Positions 36,901-45,779 of a DNA stretch of 56,577 nucleotides are shown here, in pieces (the first letter of the stretch is position 1; each line of letters opens with the position of its first letter). The notes beneath the pieces were generated by a model, which was given only the letters and a program-made list of their open reading frames with translations, ran no database searches and was not told the DNA's origin. This DNA comes from a virus (lineage: Duplodnaviria > Caudoviricetes). Made by a program: the position numbers and the translations under genes. Location: IMG/VR virus record IMGVR_UViG_3300046786_000614, positions 1-56,577 of that record; one strand, given 5' to 3'.

Positions 36901-37100
36901 CAGACCCGCTTGCCCTCGAAGCGGACCGGGTAGCAGCAGAGCTCGGCGACCAGCCCATGGAGATCACCATGCCTGATGGAACCACCCAGACCATGACCGC
37001 TGCCCAGTACCTGACCGAGATCCGCGATGCGGCCGGCATGGCGCGCGAGGACATAGTGCTGATCCAGGAAGCAGCGCAATGCCTGCTGGGAGCTATCTGA
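30966..37100 (+). CDS. Large polyvalent internal virion protein (GNAT-like, LPD-type and zincin metallopeptidase modules)
   Basis: 2044 aa; IEIRKDYRGNGAG (GNAT motif A); VLFIEEIQSDWAQ...APF...GFYD..VP block; STLIHEPAH (HExxH) with a downstream HERFARGFE. Confidence 0.75.
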   Translation: MSLDLYSDELQRSNRAGGVAGNVEPGLFEGFVRGTGMFAMKEFAKTARSVSMAGASIPVAIDAITGGTTLQDKYFKSHEDTFGSAVKFWDPDPGTVGEAGQIAGSLIGLLPQIIANPAAAVASQQLSSAEDLVTKPGVSANKAMAVGAVQAVGLGLGIWAPPALGYNLGSRIAAGAGINLLQGVLTRGASSAILDGTEAAKDFPALGGKEMTLDLLLGAAFGGAAHVVPSWRAETEAWTDRLNVKAQREIREEMGAATPFDLGAAAARVNKQYSDAISEWAQNVTPTQKAALATLRVAQHANVDSLPGRPTHAGAVDANRERLSEAIDSLLKDKPLPPEGRTATAPDARPVPETPTIRDVSDIALRQAGETPELTQNMVPARDWEILTRLGLVQEGKTAEGNTYQYVDTASALGPERDARAQIEADERAQGVPIEEKIAGLENRIAAYERAIEDTRFTEPDKVGELETKLDMLNERLATLKEERPDFEVDPEKTAQAVETTRAMREGNAEMRDPDMPEQVEVLEPTQQRLEREIGQSIEGMKGFAPGEHALAARLGATFVNALARAVAKPAGLDPDVVAARLGFKRAGAPSGEALTQPRRTPADLIERYRPRVETSQYGGRVYANDYMELGNSEAIGSGKGIKGDRRVFRIMDKQTGAAADVGFVIVEIDKNGKFAALRNIEIRKDYRGNGAGERVVATMLAHNGPGYEMDIVDITHAGGDGIGSDTDALPFWKKNGTQLINYSRDPNVQMDGMLSLEDYLGARRGRGTEEGNQGAAAEDLSADRGGRGAAAGGMRGGGPSAADRAELARINGTLFQGENGKWYYSALGRAIDNSPTKAADANGWKQWLKGLVNKGTVKADEIKATELEEYLDATQGKITKEQLQTFMQEGGVRVEEVQLGAPPDEPPEIAVKRQRFQDLVDIEEDPQSNRSLTPAERAEMDQLLGDLRDHPNPWLRQREDTTTHFASFQLPGAKEGSYREIALVLPETPATRKARAAMEARNATREVGRKEVFDRYAPAIEEAYKAYDSLPWDAPRQVKDTMYGEMEALMIQRDTEAAALHGEMEERVTARDAGAYKVPQGHSMGDKADTNRIAHIRFNERTGPNGERVLFIEEIQSDWAQQGKKYGFAGGEPELKPGYRIWQMENGRWRIDKDDNPNRAWTTNDTREGALKSALSMGAATQSDIPNAPFVGKTDAWVALSLKRMIRYAAENGFDQVAWTTGEQQAARYNLAQVVHQIDVVGRTDARTGEQTRQVVIHAKDGSAITLGVNNAGKVDNAKPADYQGKNLEDIVGKAMAEKIMANRTQTIAGDGLKIGGEGMAGFYDKIVPTVVKDVLKKLGGGKVDVVNLKTPDEMTPLEKLQEARDASGMTMNEWMRMTSQEQKAATEEYWRNKPVETMAQQGLTITPEMRAKVMEGQALFQSASPYGLEAFGIKSLDEISPAYRTPEAWREVPAAMRNVDTARALRQSVIDFEQGLNREFGWTEGIQHVWINLDANGNLSIDRAANLTPEQRLAVVEGAKAYADANDLGLTVRRSAAGDLGDDLLSNAGLKNWISIQQTATGVKAPPNQVLWVKDPRGAALFRRPVSKKSEARGFLDIAADRKLTIGLLDNSDPSTLIHEPAHAFLEILNDLAKTTPELEGWMKIFFDDNGITRQQWDGWGINEKRVYHERFARGFESYVMSGKAPTEELRNLFQRFRDWLIAIYKSATSLNVKVSKEMEGLYAKLLGSEQADPSTTAPAPRATDLESPPPPPSRGEEGAPAAGGMFDDLVAEKPAYADKTIDDPDMREVLRTMAESEAGWAQIGGRNLTGETGVFNRSTWIPKAEWWLDRPDNIKKLKEAEYYSIVDKALMGEPLKPIEQRAIDFMLAKANERLRFDHEHGPAEVDALTSELQGADLDPSLKNLRAVDAVAIAHQIDPAKVERLAMEFQDDDAGFVAGIERMIDDHKNSQAAASSAENQPAPAKPAADTNGARSAADPLALEADRVAAELGDQPMEITMPDGTTQTMTAAQYLTEIRDAAGMAREDIVLIQEAAQCLLGAI

Positions 37101-37543
37101 TGGCCATCAGCCTGCTAGCCAACGGAAGGGCGGTGCCGGCGCGCCAGAAGGCCTCTGCGCAAGCGATCGCCCAGCCGGTGGTGCAACCGGCCAAGCCGCT
37201 TGAGATCGCCACGCCTGAGTGGCTGCAGCCTATCCTGGACCGCCTGGTTGAAAAGCCGGAGGGGCCCGAGGATGAGAAGGCTGAGAACGAGCCGCTGCTG
37301 AAGGCGCTGGCGCAGATCCAAGCCAACACCACCACCATCAGCCAGCTGACCGAGCGCCTGACCAAGGAACTCGAGCGCTGCCGCGGCCTGCAAGAAAAGG
37401 TGACCGACCTACAGGCACAGCTGGTGGCGGCCAGGACCCAGCCTAAACCCGCCCCTGTTCAGACCACTCCCCAGTGGGATACCATCCGCGTGATTCGAGG
37501 GGCCGATGGCCTCATGCGCGATTTGAAACTTGTGAAGGAGTAA
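37100..37543 (+). CDS. Hypothetical coiled-coil protein
   Basis: TGATG overlap; heptad region. Confidence 0.6.
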   Translation: MAISLLANGRAVPARQKASAQAIAQPVVQPAKPLEIATPEWLQPILDRLVEKPEGPEDEKAENEPLLKALAQIQANTTTISQLTERLTKELERCRGLQEKVTDLQAQLVAARTQPKPAPVQTTPQWDTIRVIRGADGLMRDLKLVKE

Positions 37544-37546
37544 AAC

Positions 37547-38092
37547 ATGTCTCTGACCCCGGAACAGATCAACGCTTTGCGACCGGTAGTTGCCGCTGAG
37601 CCATCCCTTTCCCAGGCAATCCTGACCGGAAACGATGCGGCTATAAGGGACTGGCTGAATTCGTCTGTAAGCTCGTATTTTGTGTGGCGGCCTGTTACGC
37701 CAGCAGACGTGGTCTACGACGCCATTATTTGGGATCGACTCACTGCTACGGATACGCCTGATGGCACCACCATTCAAACGAACCGCGAACTGCGGTGTCA
37801 GGCCAAGCAAATCAACCTTCAGATCCTTTTGCAAGGCCGGGACTACATTGCGACGGGAAGGCCGAATGTGCGTGGCGGGCTGTCGGACGCACTGGCCAAC
37901 GTGCCTTCTGGTGCAAACGGCGCCACGCAAGACGCGGGCTGGCTTGGCGCAGGCAGGGTTAAAGCCGTCATCACGCGCAATGCTACGCAGGCAGAAAAGG
38001 CATTGACTGCCGGAGCGGGGACGGTTGGCAATCCGGCGACCCTGGTGTTTGAAGGCGAGGTAACGATTGACGAGGCCGGGCTGCTGCGATGA
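37547..38092 (+). CDS. Hypothetical protein
   Basis: AAGGAG RBS; ...TRNATQAEK...P..LVFEGEVT. Confidence 0.65.
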   Translation: MSLTPEQINALRPVVAAEPSLSQAILTGNDAAIRDWLNSSVSSYFVWRPVTPADVVYDAIIWDRLTATDTPDGTTIQTNRELRCQAKQINLQILLQGRDYIATGRPNVRGGLSDALANVPSGANGATQDAGWLGAGRVKAVITRNATQAEKALTAGAGTVGNPATLVFEGEVTIDEAGLLR

Positions 38093-38721
38093 CTACAACG
38101 ACCCTCAATAAGACTGCGGCGCAGGTACTGCTTGCGCACACACAACTTGCAACCGCTACGCAGGCAGTTGGGTCGGCAGTTGATGTCTCGACCAAGGTGG
38201 GGGCGGCGACGGCTTTTGTGAAGATGGGCCGCACGGTGGCGACCGCACTGGGCGCGCAACTGGCGTTCCGGCTGGAAGGATCGGCCAAGACATCAGGAAA
38301 TGATGAATGGGTGCCCATCTACGAATGGACAAGCGCCAACGGCACGACTGCTGCGAGCGCTTCGACCGTCAATGACGCCAGTTTCAATGCGGGCGATACC
38401 AGTTTCACCATCACCAGCGCAACCGGCATCACTGGCGGCGATGCGATGTACCTGCGGGAAACCGGCACGCCAGCAAATAGCGAATGGGCGCGGATCGGTA
38501 GCGTTTCCGGCACAACCATCACGCTGGAAGAACCCTGCACGCGAGCGCATACCAACGGCATCACCACAACCGACCTCGCGGAAATGTGGGCGCTTCCGTT
38601 CGACATCACCGGGCAAGTGCGGGTGCGGCTTGTGGTGAACAGCAACAACGTGACGGCGACGGGGCAGACGGTGGATGTGCTCGCGTATCTGGTCACTGCG
38701 GATAGCGCAGCTACGGCATGA
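38089..38721 (+). CDS. Thr-rich beta-sandwich putative virion protein
   Basis: T/A/S-rich; ATGA overlaps. Confidence 0.6.
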   Translation: MTTTTLNKTAAQVLLAHTQLATATQAVGSAVDVSTKVGAATAFVKMGRTVATALGAQLAFRLEGSAKTSGNDEWVPIYEWTSANGTTAASASTVNDASFNAGDTSFTITSATGITGGDAMYLRETGTPANSEWARIGSVSGTTITLEEPCTRAHTNGITTTDLAEMWALPFDITGQVRVRLVVNSNNVTATGQTVDVLAYLVTADSAATA

Positions 38722-39566
38722 TCCCGGCGCGGCAACCCTACGAACGGCAGCCCCCAGGCGGGGCGCTGCTGAACTTTGCCGATCCGCTATCGGCGGGGAT
38801 TGTCTTTGACTTTGACCCCGTGACTTTTGCGGACCGTGCGCAGCGGAATCGGCAGATTCCATCGACAGGCAATCTGCGCAGTGTGCGATCAACCGGGTAC
38901 GTTGCGGCATTGGCGCGCGGGTCCAGTCAGGCGATCAGTCTCGGCGATCCATCGTTCTTCGATTTTGGGGCCGGTAATTTTTCGTTTGAGTTCATCTTTA
39001 CATTGGCGAGCGGCGCGACCAGTACGACCCGCATGCAAATTCTTGCAAAAGACGTGAGCGGCGGGCGGCAGATTTGGTGCGAACTGAATACGCAAGCCAG
39101 CGGCGCGACCGACAACAGCATTGCCCTTGTATGGATCAACGGCACAACTGCGCAACAGCGTTCACCCGTCAATTCCATTGTGGTCGGGCAGCGGCAGCAC
39201 GTTGTCTGCCAGCGAGTAGGCAACTCAGTCGAGTTCTACATAGACGGCGTGCAGGTAACCACGACGGCAGGGGCCGGGCACACTGGGTTTCCAGCGGTTG
39301 CGGCATCTACGACCACGGCGTATTTGGGCCGACGCGCATTCTCAGGCGCAGAGGACTATTTCGACGGCTCGATAGAACTTGCGCGCGTCCGTAATCGGGC
39401 ATTGACGGCGCGCGAGATTGCGAGCTTGGCGCGCAACCCCTACCAGATATACGGAACCTCCAATTTTCAATACATCGATACAGCGGTGTCGGGTGGTGGT
39501 TTCTTGGCCGCCTGGGCGGTGAACGCCAACAGCTATCACTCACAAGGGGCAAGCCATGCGGCGTAA
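38718..39566 (+). CDS. LamG/concanavalin A-like lectin domain protein
   Basis: FSFEF...HVVCQR...FYIDG...YFDGSIELARVRNRALTAREI. Confidence 0.8.
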   Translation: MIPARQPYERQPPGGALLNFADPLSAGIVFDFDPVTFADRAQRNRQIPSTGNLRSVRSTGYVAALARGSSQAISLGDPSFFDFGAGNFSFEFIFTLASGATSTTRMQILAKDVSGGRQIWCELNTQASGATDNSIALVWINGTTAQQRSPVNSIVVGQRQHVVCQRVGNSVEFYIDGVQVTTTAGAGHTGFPAVAASTTTAYLGRRAFSGAEDYFDGSIELARVRNRALTAREIASLARNPYQIYGTSNFQYIDTAVSGGGFLAAWAVNANSYHSQGASHAA

Positions 39567-40590
39567 TGTTGCAGGCCAGTTCGTTACGGCCAAACTGATC
39601 AACAAAGCAGACGGCACGCCATGCACCAGCGGGACCACGACCGTCTATGTGACCGGCGATGCGGGTACGCAAGCCGCCGGGTCTGTAGGCTCTGGGGCCG
39701 CGACGCATGAGGGCAATGGGGTTTGGAGTTATGCCCCTGCTCAGGCGGAAACGAACTACACGCAAGTCGACTTTGTATTTGTGAACACCAATGCGGTGAA
39801 TGCCGGTCCGAGCATTTACCCGACGGCCTACGACGCGAACGGGCGCTATGATGTGGGCGCGGTAGCTGGGACGGCACAAACGGCGCGCGACCTGGGTGCG
39901 CAACTGGATGCCGCGGTGTCGACCCGCATGGCGACCTACACGCAGCCGACCGGCTTCCTTGCGGCCACCTTCCCGGCAACAGTGGCGAGCACGACCAACA
40001 TCACGGCAGGCACGATCACGACGGTGACGAACCTGACCAACCTGCCGACCATTCCGGCAAACTGGCTGACGGCCGCCGGCATGGATGCAACAGCCAGCGC
40101 CGAGATCGCCGATGCGGTGTGGGATGAGGCCATCAGCGGGCACCTTGGCGCTGGATCGACTGGCGCGGCCCTGAATGCCGCCGGATCTGCTGGCGACCCA
40201 TGGACCACCCCCCTGCCAGGCGCATACGGTGCCGGCACTGCAGGCTTCATCATCGGCACCAACCTAGACACCACGGTGGGTAGCCGGTCATCCCTGGATG
40301 CAGCCGGCGTGCGCACAGCGGTGGGCCTGGCCAGCGCCAACCTGGACACCCAACTGGGTGACCTGCCAACCGCGGTGGAGAATGCCGATGCTTTGCTGGG
40401 CAGGAATGTGAGCGGCGGCTCGAGCTCTGGGCGCACGGTCAAGCAGGCCTTCCACTTCATTCGAAACAGGTGGGTGGTGGCAGCCGGCACGCTGACGGTG
40501 TACGACACTGATGACAGTACACAAAGCTGGACTTCTGCGGTAACTGGCACTGCTGGGGCCGACCCAATAACGGGCACCGACCCAGCCTAA
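39556..40590 (+). CDS. Thr/Ala-rich putative fibre or decoration protein
   Basis: EGNGVW.Y....AETN; EIADAVWDE; TLTVYDTDDST C-terminal motif. Confidence 0.65.
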   Translation: MRRNVAGQFVTAKLINKADGTPCTSGTTTVYVTGDAGTQAAGSVGSGAATHEGNGVWSYAPAQAETNYTQVDFVFVNTNAVNAGPSIYPTAYDANGRYDVGAVAGTAQTARDLGAQLDAAVSTRMATYTQPTGFLAATFPATVASTTNITAGTITTVTNLTNLPTIPANWLTAAGMDATASAEIADAVWDEAISGHLGAGSTGAALNAAGSAGDPWTTPLPGAYGAGTAGFIIGTNLDTTVGSRSSLDAAGVRTAVGLASANLDTQLGDLPTAVENADALLGRNVSGGSSSGRTVKQAFHFIRNRWVVAAGTLTVYDTDDSTQSWTSAVTGTAGADPITGTDPA

Positions 40591-40596
40591 TATGAC

Positions 40597-40911
40597 ATGG
40601 CAGATGGCTACACTGGCCTACTGGCGCCCTGGATTGGCGGCGCCGCAGATCCTGGCGGCGCGCCACCCACACAAGCCGGCGTTCGTTCGCTGCTCGCCCC
40701 TTGGTTTGGTGGCGCGGGCAGCCCAGGCGGCACGCCACCGAGCCCGGCAGGGTACCGTGGCATGCTTGCGTTCTGGGCGGGCGGTGCGGCCAACAGTGGC
40801 GCCGCAGCGCCAACCATTCGGCATGAGGGCCGGCGGCCACTGGACATCGAACGAGATGACGAGGAAGTCCTGCTGGCCGTGGCCACCCTCCTTGCAAGGA
40901 TGAGGACATGA
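40597..40911 (+). CDS. Small protein with three G.xxLLA.W.GGA repeats
   Basis: GYTGLLAPWIGGA / GVRSLLAPWFGGA / GYRGMLAFWAGGA; DDEEVL tail. Confidence 0.6.
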   Translation: MADGYTGLLAPWIGGAADPGGAPPTQAGVRSLLAPWFGGAGSPGGTPPSPAGYRGMLAFWAGGAANSGAAAPTIRHEGRRPLDIERDDEEVLLAVATLLARMRT

Positions 40912-43538
40912 GCGCCAGGGATTGCATATCGCGAGTTCAGCAGGCCGCCGGCCGCAACCTGACCGATGATGAGGTCGAGGCTGTCTTTGCCCGGATCCAC
41001 AAGGCGGCGCTCGACATCAAGGCTGGGCGAGCTCAACCCGGCGACGTGAAGATGGGTGCCAAGCTGGAAAAGGAACTGGCCGGCAAGCCTGGTGCCGATG
41101 ATGCGCGCACCCTGATCCAGAAGGCGGCTGAGAAGGCGGCGGCTGACCTCGAGCAGGAGGCTATCAACGCCGAGCGCACAGCCCACCTGCAGCTGGTCAA
41201 GATGGGCGCCAGGATGAAAGACAAGGCCGACATGCAGGCCGCCGGCATCAAGCCGCTGGAAGCAGTGCAAGGCACCCTGACGCGCGACTTCACCGGCAAG
41301 GTCAAGGTCGAGTCCATGGAACAGCGGGTGATGGGCTGGCGCACCTACCTCGAGGCCAAGCTGCTGCCGGTATGGGACAGCCTGGGCAACGACTTCTTCG
41401 GGTTCTTCCAGGATCGCACCAAGGTGGTGGAGTTGATAAAGGCGTTGCGCCAAGAGCCAGTGCTAGACCCGATGGCAGCCAAGGGTGCTGACGCATACCT
41501 GAAGGTGGCCGACGAAAGCCTGAACGCCTTCAACGAGAACGGCGGCCACATAGGCAAGCTGGATAACTGGGCCATGCCCCAGCACCACGGACAGTACAAG
41601 GTCAGCAACGCCGGCGAGTTTGGCAAGGAGCCCGCCAAGGCCCAGGCCAAGTGGGTCGATGACATCTTCCCGTTGATCGATCGCACCCGGTACGAGGATG
41701 ATCTGGGCGCGCCGCGGGATGATGATTGGATGAGGGAGTTCCTTGCCAAGGCGTGGGAGACCATAGCCACAAATGGCCACAACAAGATCGAGCCTGGCCA
41801 GTTCACCGGCACAGGCAAGCGCGCCAACCGGCATGCCGAGCACCGCCAGATTCACTTCAAGGATGCTGAGTCCGTCATCACCTACTGGGAGATGTACGGC
41901 GAAAAGACGGTGGTCGAGATCCTGCATGGCCACATTGAAACCATGGCGCGCGACATCGCGATGGTCGAGCACTACGGACCCAACCCGACCACCACCTACA
42001 AGACTCTGCGTGACCAGGCCCTGAAGGACGCGAGCCTGGCAGAGCCGATCAACACCCCGAAGTTTGAAGGCAAGGTGGCGCAGCTGGATACCCTGTTCGA
42101 CTACGTGAGCGGAGGCGCCAAGCCTACCTTCAACCGCACCATGAGCGCGGTGGCCGATGGCCTGGCCAACCTGAACGTGGCCGGCAAGCTGGGCGGCGCA
42201 GTCTGGGCCAGCGTGTTTGGCGACAAACCCATGATGGAGGCGGTGAGCCACCTGAACCACCTGCCCATGCTGCAGCGCTGGAAGACCGAGCTTGCGCTTC
42301 TCAACCCGGCTGCTGCTGCCGATCGCCGCCTGCTCCAGCAGCAAGGCTTGATGCTTGATGGCGTGCGCTCCGGCCTGCAGCGCTTCTACGAAGGGCTGGG
42401 CCAGAGCTCATTCACGGGCCGAGTGGCTGGTGCGGTGATGAAGGTCTCTGGCATGCAGGCCATCAACGACATCCGCAAGGGCGCCTTCGGTGCCAGCCTG
42501 ATGGCGCAGATCGGCAACATGGTCGAGCGCCGGGTGACGTACGCCGACCTGCAGCAGGGTGACGTCAGGGCCCTGAAGCAGTATGGCATCACCTCCCATG
42601 ACTGGAATGTCTGGTCACTGGCCAAGCCGCAGGACGTGGGGTATGGCAACCGCGCCATCACGCCCGAGGCCATCAGCAAGATCACCGACCAGCAGCTGAT
42701 CGCCGCCAACGTGGTGGCCCAGGCAGCAACCCCTGAGCAGATCCAGCAGGCCCGGCGCGACGCGATCGTCAAGCTGCTGGGTGTGGTCAACACCGAGTCC
42801 GAATTCGCGGTGATCACGCCAGGCTGGAAGGAGCGCGCCGCTTTCTACGGCGAGCTCCAGCGCGGCACCGTGAAGGGCGAACTGGTGCGCAGCATGCTGC
42901 AGTTCAAATCCTTCCCGTGGGCGGCCTTGCAACGCAGCATTGATGCTGCCCAGAACGCAGACACTAAAGTCGGAAAATTTTGGATGATCAGCTGGCTGCT
43001 GATGAGCACCACGCTCGCCGGCGCCATGATCATCCAGGTGCGCGAGATGCTGGCCGGCAAAGACCCACGGCCGATGTTTCCGGACAAGCCCTACGATCGG
43101 TTCAAGTTCTGGGGCGCGGCCTTCCTGCAAGGTGGGGCGCTGGGAATCTACGGCGACTTCCTCTCCAGCGTGAACCAGAGCCGCTACGGCACTGGCCCGC
43201 TCGAGGTGATGGCAGGGCCCACGGTAGGCCCGCTCCTGAGCCTGGCGCTGGTGCAGCCCATGAACGCCGCGGCCAAGACCATCGAGGGCAAGGAGACCCA
43301 CCTGGCAGCCCAGTCGATCGCGCAGCTCAAGGGCTTCGTCCCCGGGAATAATCTCTGGTACACCAAGGCTGCGACCGAGCACCTGGTGTGGCAGCGCGTG
43401 ATGGAATCTTTGAGCCCGGGCTACCTGAGCAAGATCCAGCAGCGCACCCGCAAGGAGTACGGGCAGGACTGGTGGTGGAGGCCGGGCGAGACCGCGCCCG
43501 AGCGCGGCCCGGATCTCGAGAAGGCCTTTGCGCCATGA
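40908..43538 (+). CDS. Internal virion (ejection) protein, gp16-like membrane-spanning core
   Basis: CI..VQQAAGR.L start, WAMPQHH, RQIHFKD, LQFKSFP, hydrophobic segment, GGALGIYGD, PG.NLWYTK. Confidence 0.75.
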   Translation: MSARDCISRVQQAAGRNLTDDEVEAVFARIHKAALDIKAGRAQPGDVKMGAKLEKELAGKPGADDARTLIQKAAEKAAADLEQEAINAERTAHLQLVKMGARMKDKADMQAAGIKPLEAVQGTLTRDFTGKVKVESMEQRVMGWRTYLEAKLLPVWDSLGNDFFGFFQDRTKVVELIKALRQEPVLDPMAAKGADAYLKVADESLNAFNENGGHIGKLDNWAMPQHHGQYKVSNAGEFGKEPAKAQAKWVDDIFPLIDRTRYEDDLGAPRDDDWMREFLAKAWETIATNGHNKIEPGQFTGTGKRANRHAEHRQIHFKDAESVITYWEMYGEKTVVEILHGHIETMARDIAMVEHYGPNPTTTYKTLRDQALKDASLAEPINTPKFEGKVAQLDTLFDYVSGGAKPTFNRTMSAVADGLANLNVAGKLGGAVWASVFGDKPMMEAVSHLNHLPMLQRWKTELALLNPAAAADRRLLQQQGLMLDGVRSGLQRFYEGLGQSSFTGRVAGAVMKVSGMQAINDIRKGAFGASLMAQIGNMVERRVTYADLQQGDVRALKQYGITSHDWNVWSLAKPQDVGYGNRAITPEAISKITDQQLIAANVVAQAATPEQIQQARRDAIVKLLGVVNTESEFAVITPGWKERAAFYGELQRGTVKGELVRSMLQFKSFPWAALQRSIDAAQNADTKVGKFWMISWLLMSTTLAGAMIIQVREMLAGKDPRPMFPDKPYDRFKFWGAAFLQGGALGIYGDFLSSVNQSRYGTGPLEVMAGPTVGPLLSLALVQPMNAAAKTIEGKETHLAAQSIAQLKGFVPGNNLWYTKAATEHLVWQRVMESLSPGYLSKIQQRTRKEYGQDWWWRPGETAPERGPDLEKAFAP

Positions 43539-43762
43539 AGAAGCTGCTCGCCGGTCTGCTGATGGTCACCATCCTGGTGTTCGTCAACATCGTGGGCGCT
43601 GGCGTGGCTATGGTCATGGGCACTTGGTTCAACCGCCATGACGTCGAGACAGACCCGCTTCTCTGGATTATCATCATGGCCGCCGCTACCTGGTGCGCCA
43701 TCTGTTTCATGCAGGGCGCGATGAAGCAGGCGCACTACCTGACCAAAAGGACCGGAACATGA
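43535..43762 (+). CDS. Small two-TM membrane protein
   Basis: Two hydrophobic stretches; ATGA overlaps. Confidence 0.55.
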   Translation: MKKLLAGLLMVTILVFVNIVGAGVAMVMGTWFNRHDVETDPLLWIIIMAAATWCAICFMQGAMKQAHYLTKRTGT

Positions 43763-45609
43763 CCACCACCAGCACTGACCGTACCGGCCGCATTGGCGAT
43801 GTTGCGTTCAAGGCCCCCCTGAAGGCGGCCAGCACTGCTGCGCTAACTTTGAGCGGAGAGCAGACGATCGACGGTGTATCGTGCGTGACCGGAGATCGCG
43901 TCCTGGTCAAGAACCAGGCCTCCGGTGTTGCCAATGGCATCTACGTGGTCGACACCGGAGAGTGGTCGAGGTCCACCGACTTCGACGGTTCCTACGATGG
44001 GGTCAAGGGCACGCTGGTGTACATCAATGCCGGCGGGTCCACCAACGGCAACACCTTCTGGTCACTGACCGCAAGCGATCCGGTTGTGATTGGCACCACC
44101 ACGCTGACCTACACCCAGGTCCTGGTGCCCAGCGATACGTCGGTGAGCTACACCAGCGCGCGATCGGGCAGCGTGGCCCGAACCCTGCGCTCCCGGCTGG
44201 ACGACATCATCAGCGTCAAGAACTTTGGCGCGGTATGCGACGGCACCACCGATGACACTGCGGCATTCCAGCTTGCTGTCAACAGTGTGACCAGCGGCAC
44301 TGTTGAGATCTTTGTCCCAAGCACCTCCAAGGTGACTGGCACGGTGACCGCATCGACGGGCACCGTCTGCTGGTGGTTTGGCCAGGGGGCGGTGATCACC
44401 GGCGGCGGCACCCTGCCGTTCTGGTCGAGCGCGCCCACCTATAACAGCAGCCCGAACTACGGTAAGCGCTACAGCATATGGCACGGCAGTGCTGCCAACC
44501 CAACGACCGACGGTACGATCCCGGGCATTTACATCCAGCGCGTGGATGCCAGTGTCACGGTCGACAGCCCGAGCTACCTCATCAGCAACATCTACTCGGT
44601 GTTCATTCGGCAGGCCGCCGGCAGAGGTTGGCTGTATGGGATGTACAGCTACCTGGAGGACGCGAGCAATTCTGGTGCTGCCCAATCGGTAGGGGTTGCT
44701 GGTGTTGCGCACGCGACCGGCGCGGCAAGCACTGCAGTCTGGGGTTTGTACGGCGAAGGCCATGCCAAAAGCGCCGGCACGATCGCCACCGGCATGGAGG
44801 CCAATGCCTACAACGAGACCGGCAGTGACTACAGCTACGTCGACGCCAACCCGGTGGCCTACCCATTCACCATGGGTGCCTGGGTGCTTGGTGGTGGCAC
44901 AAAGAAGAACACCATTGGCTATGGCCTGGGGAGCGCTGGCAACAGCGCCTCGCTCACCAACAGCTTTCGCGCCGGGCTTTTCATGCAGACCTACTCGGTC
45001 ACCGAGTACGGCATCGACATCCAGGCCATGCCGAAGGTCGGCATCCGATTCAAAAACGGGGCGAGCACCGATGGTTCACATGCCACCGCGGGTGGTATCG
45101 GTATCGACTTCGGCGCAAGCGCAAGCTACTCAGCGGGAAGCCTGAACACCCAGAACCAGGGCGCCATGCACCTGCGTGGCCATGCCATGTGTTTCGGGTC
45201 TGATGGCCTGGGTCATATGTATTACGACGGCGCCGGCAAGCTGCAATTCAACTACAACGGCAACAACATCGGGTACGTGAACGCCGCCGGTGGAGACATC
45301 CAGCTGAACGGCGAGCCGCCACAAGCCACCGTCACCAGCACTGCGTACTCAATGACAGCCAACGACTTTGCCCTGGTGTTCAAGACTACCGGGCCTGGGC
45401 GGATCACCATGTTGAGTGCGGCCGCTTGGCCTGGCCGGGAGCTCAGCGTGAAAAACGTGGCCGCATTTGCAATCGAGTCCGCATCGGCCAACGTGATCTC
45501 GCGCGCCAGCACGGTGGCCAGCACCGGGTTTTTGGCTGGGACAGTGGGCGCTTGGGCAGGGTTCAAGAGCAATGGCGTGGAATGGGAAACGATGAGGAGC
45601 AGCACATGA
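43759..45609 (+). CDS. Tail fibre / tailspike
   Basis: LSGEQTIDGV...GDRVLVKNQ...NGIYVV N-terminal domain; ISVKNFGAVCDGTTDDTAAFQ beta-helix entry motif. Confidence 0.85.
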   Translation: MTTTSTDRTGRIGDVAFKAPLKAASTAALTLSGEQTIDGVSCVTGDRVLVKNQASGVANGIYVVDTGEWSRSTDFDGSYDGVKGTLVYINAGGSTNGNTFWSLTASDPVVIGTTTLTYTQVLVPSDTSVSYTSARSGSVARTLRSRLDDIISVKNFGAVCDGTTDDTAAFQLAVNSVTSGTVEIFVPSTSKVTGTVTASTGTVCWWFGQGAVITGGGTLPFWSSAPTYNSSPNYGKRYSIWHGSAANPTTDGTIPGIYIQRVDASVTVDSPSYLISNIYSVFIRQAAGRGWLYGMYSYLEDASNSGAAQSVGVAGVAHATGAASTAVWGLYGEGHAKSAGTIATGMEANAYNETGSDYSYVDANPVAYPFTMGAWVLGGGTKKNTIGYGLGSAGNSASLTNSFRAGLFMQTYSVTEYGIDIQAMPKVGIRFKNGASTDGSHATAGGIGIDFGASASYSAGSLNTQNQGAMHLRGHAMCFGSDGLGHMYYDGAGKLQFNYNGNNIGYVNAAGGDIQLNGEPPQATVTSTAYSMTANDFALVFKTTGPGRITMLSAAAWPGRELSVKNVAAFAIESASANVISRASTVASTGFLAGTVGAWAGFKSNGVEWETMRSST

Positions 45610-45779
45610 ACGGTATTGAGGAAAGGCTGCAGCTTTTGCAGCAGCAGATCATGGGGCACAAGGCAATGATGCTGGATCTCCGAATGCAGTTCGAAGAGGC
45701 CGAGAAGCATCTGGTAGCTTTGGTGTCGCAGAGCAACGCGCTGCAGAGCGTCCTGAACAAGCCAGAAGGTGAAGCATGA
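45606..45779 (+). CDS. Small coiled-coil protein (possible fibre chaperone)
   Basis: GAGGAG RBS; heptad pattern. Confidence 0.55.
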   Translation: MNGIEERLQLLQQQIMGHKAMMLDLRMQFEEAEKHLVALVSQSNALQSVLNKPEGEA

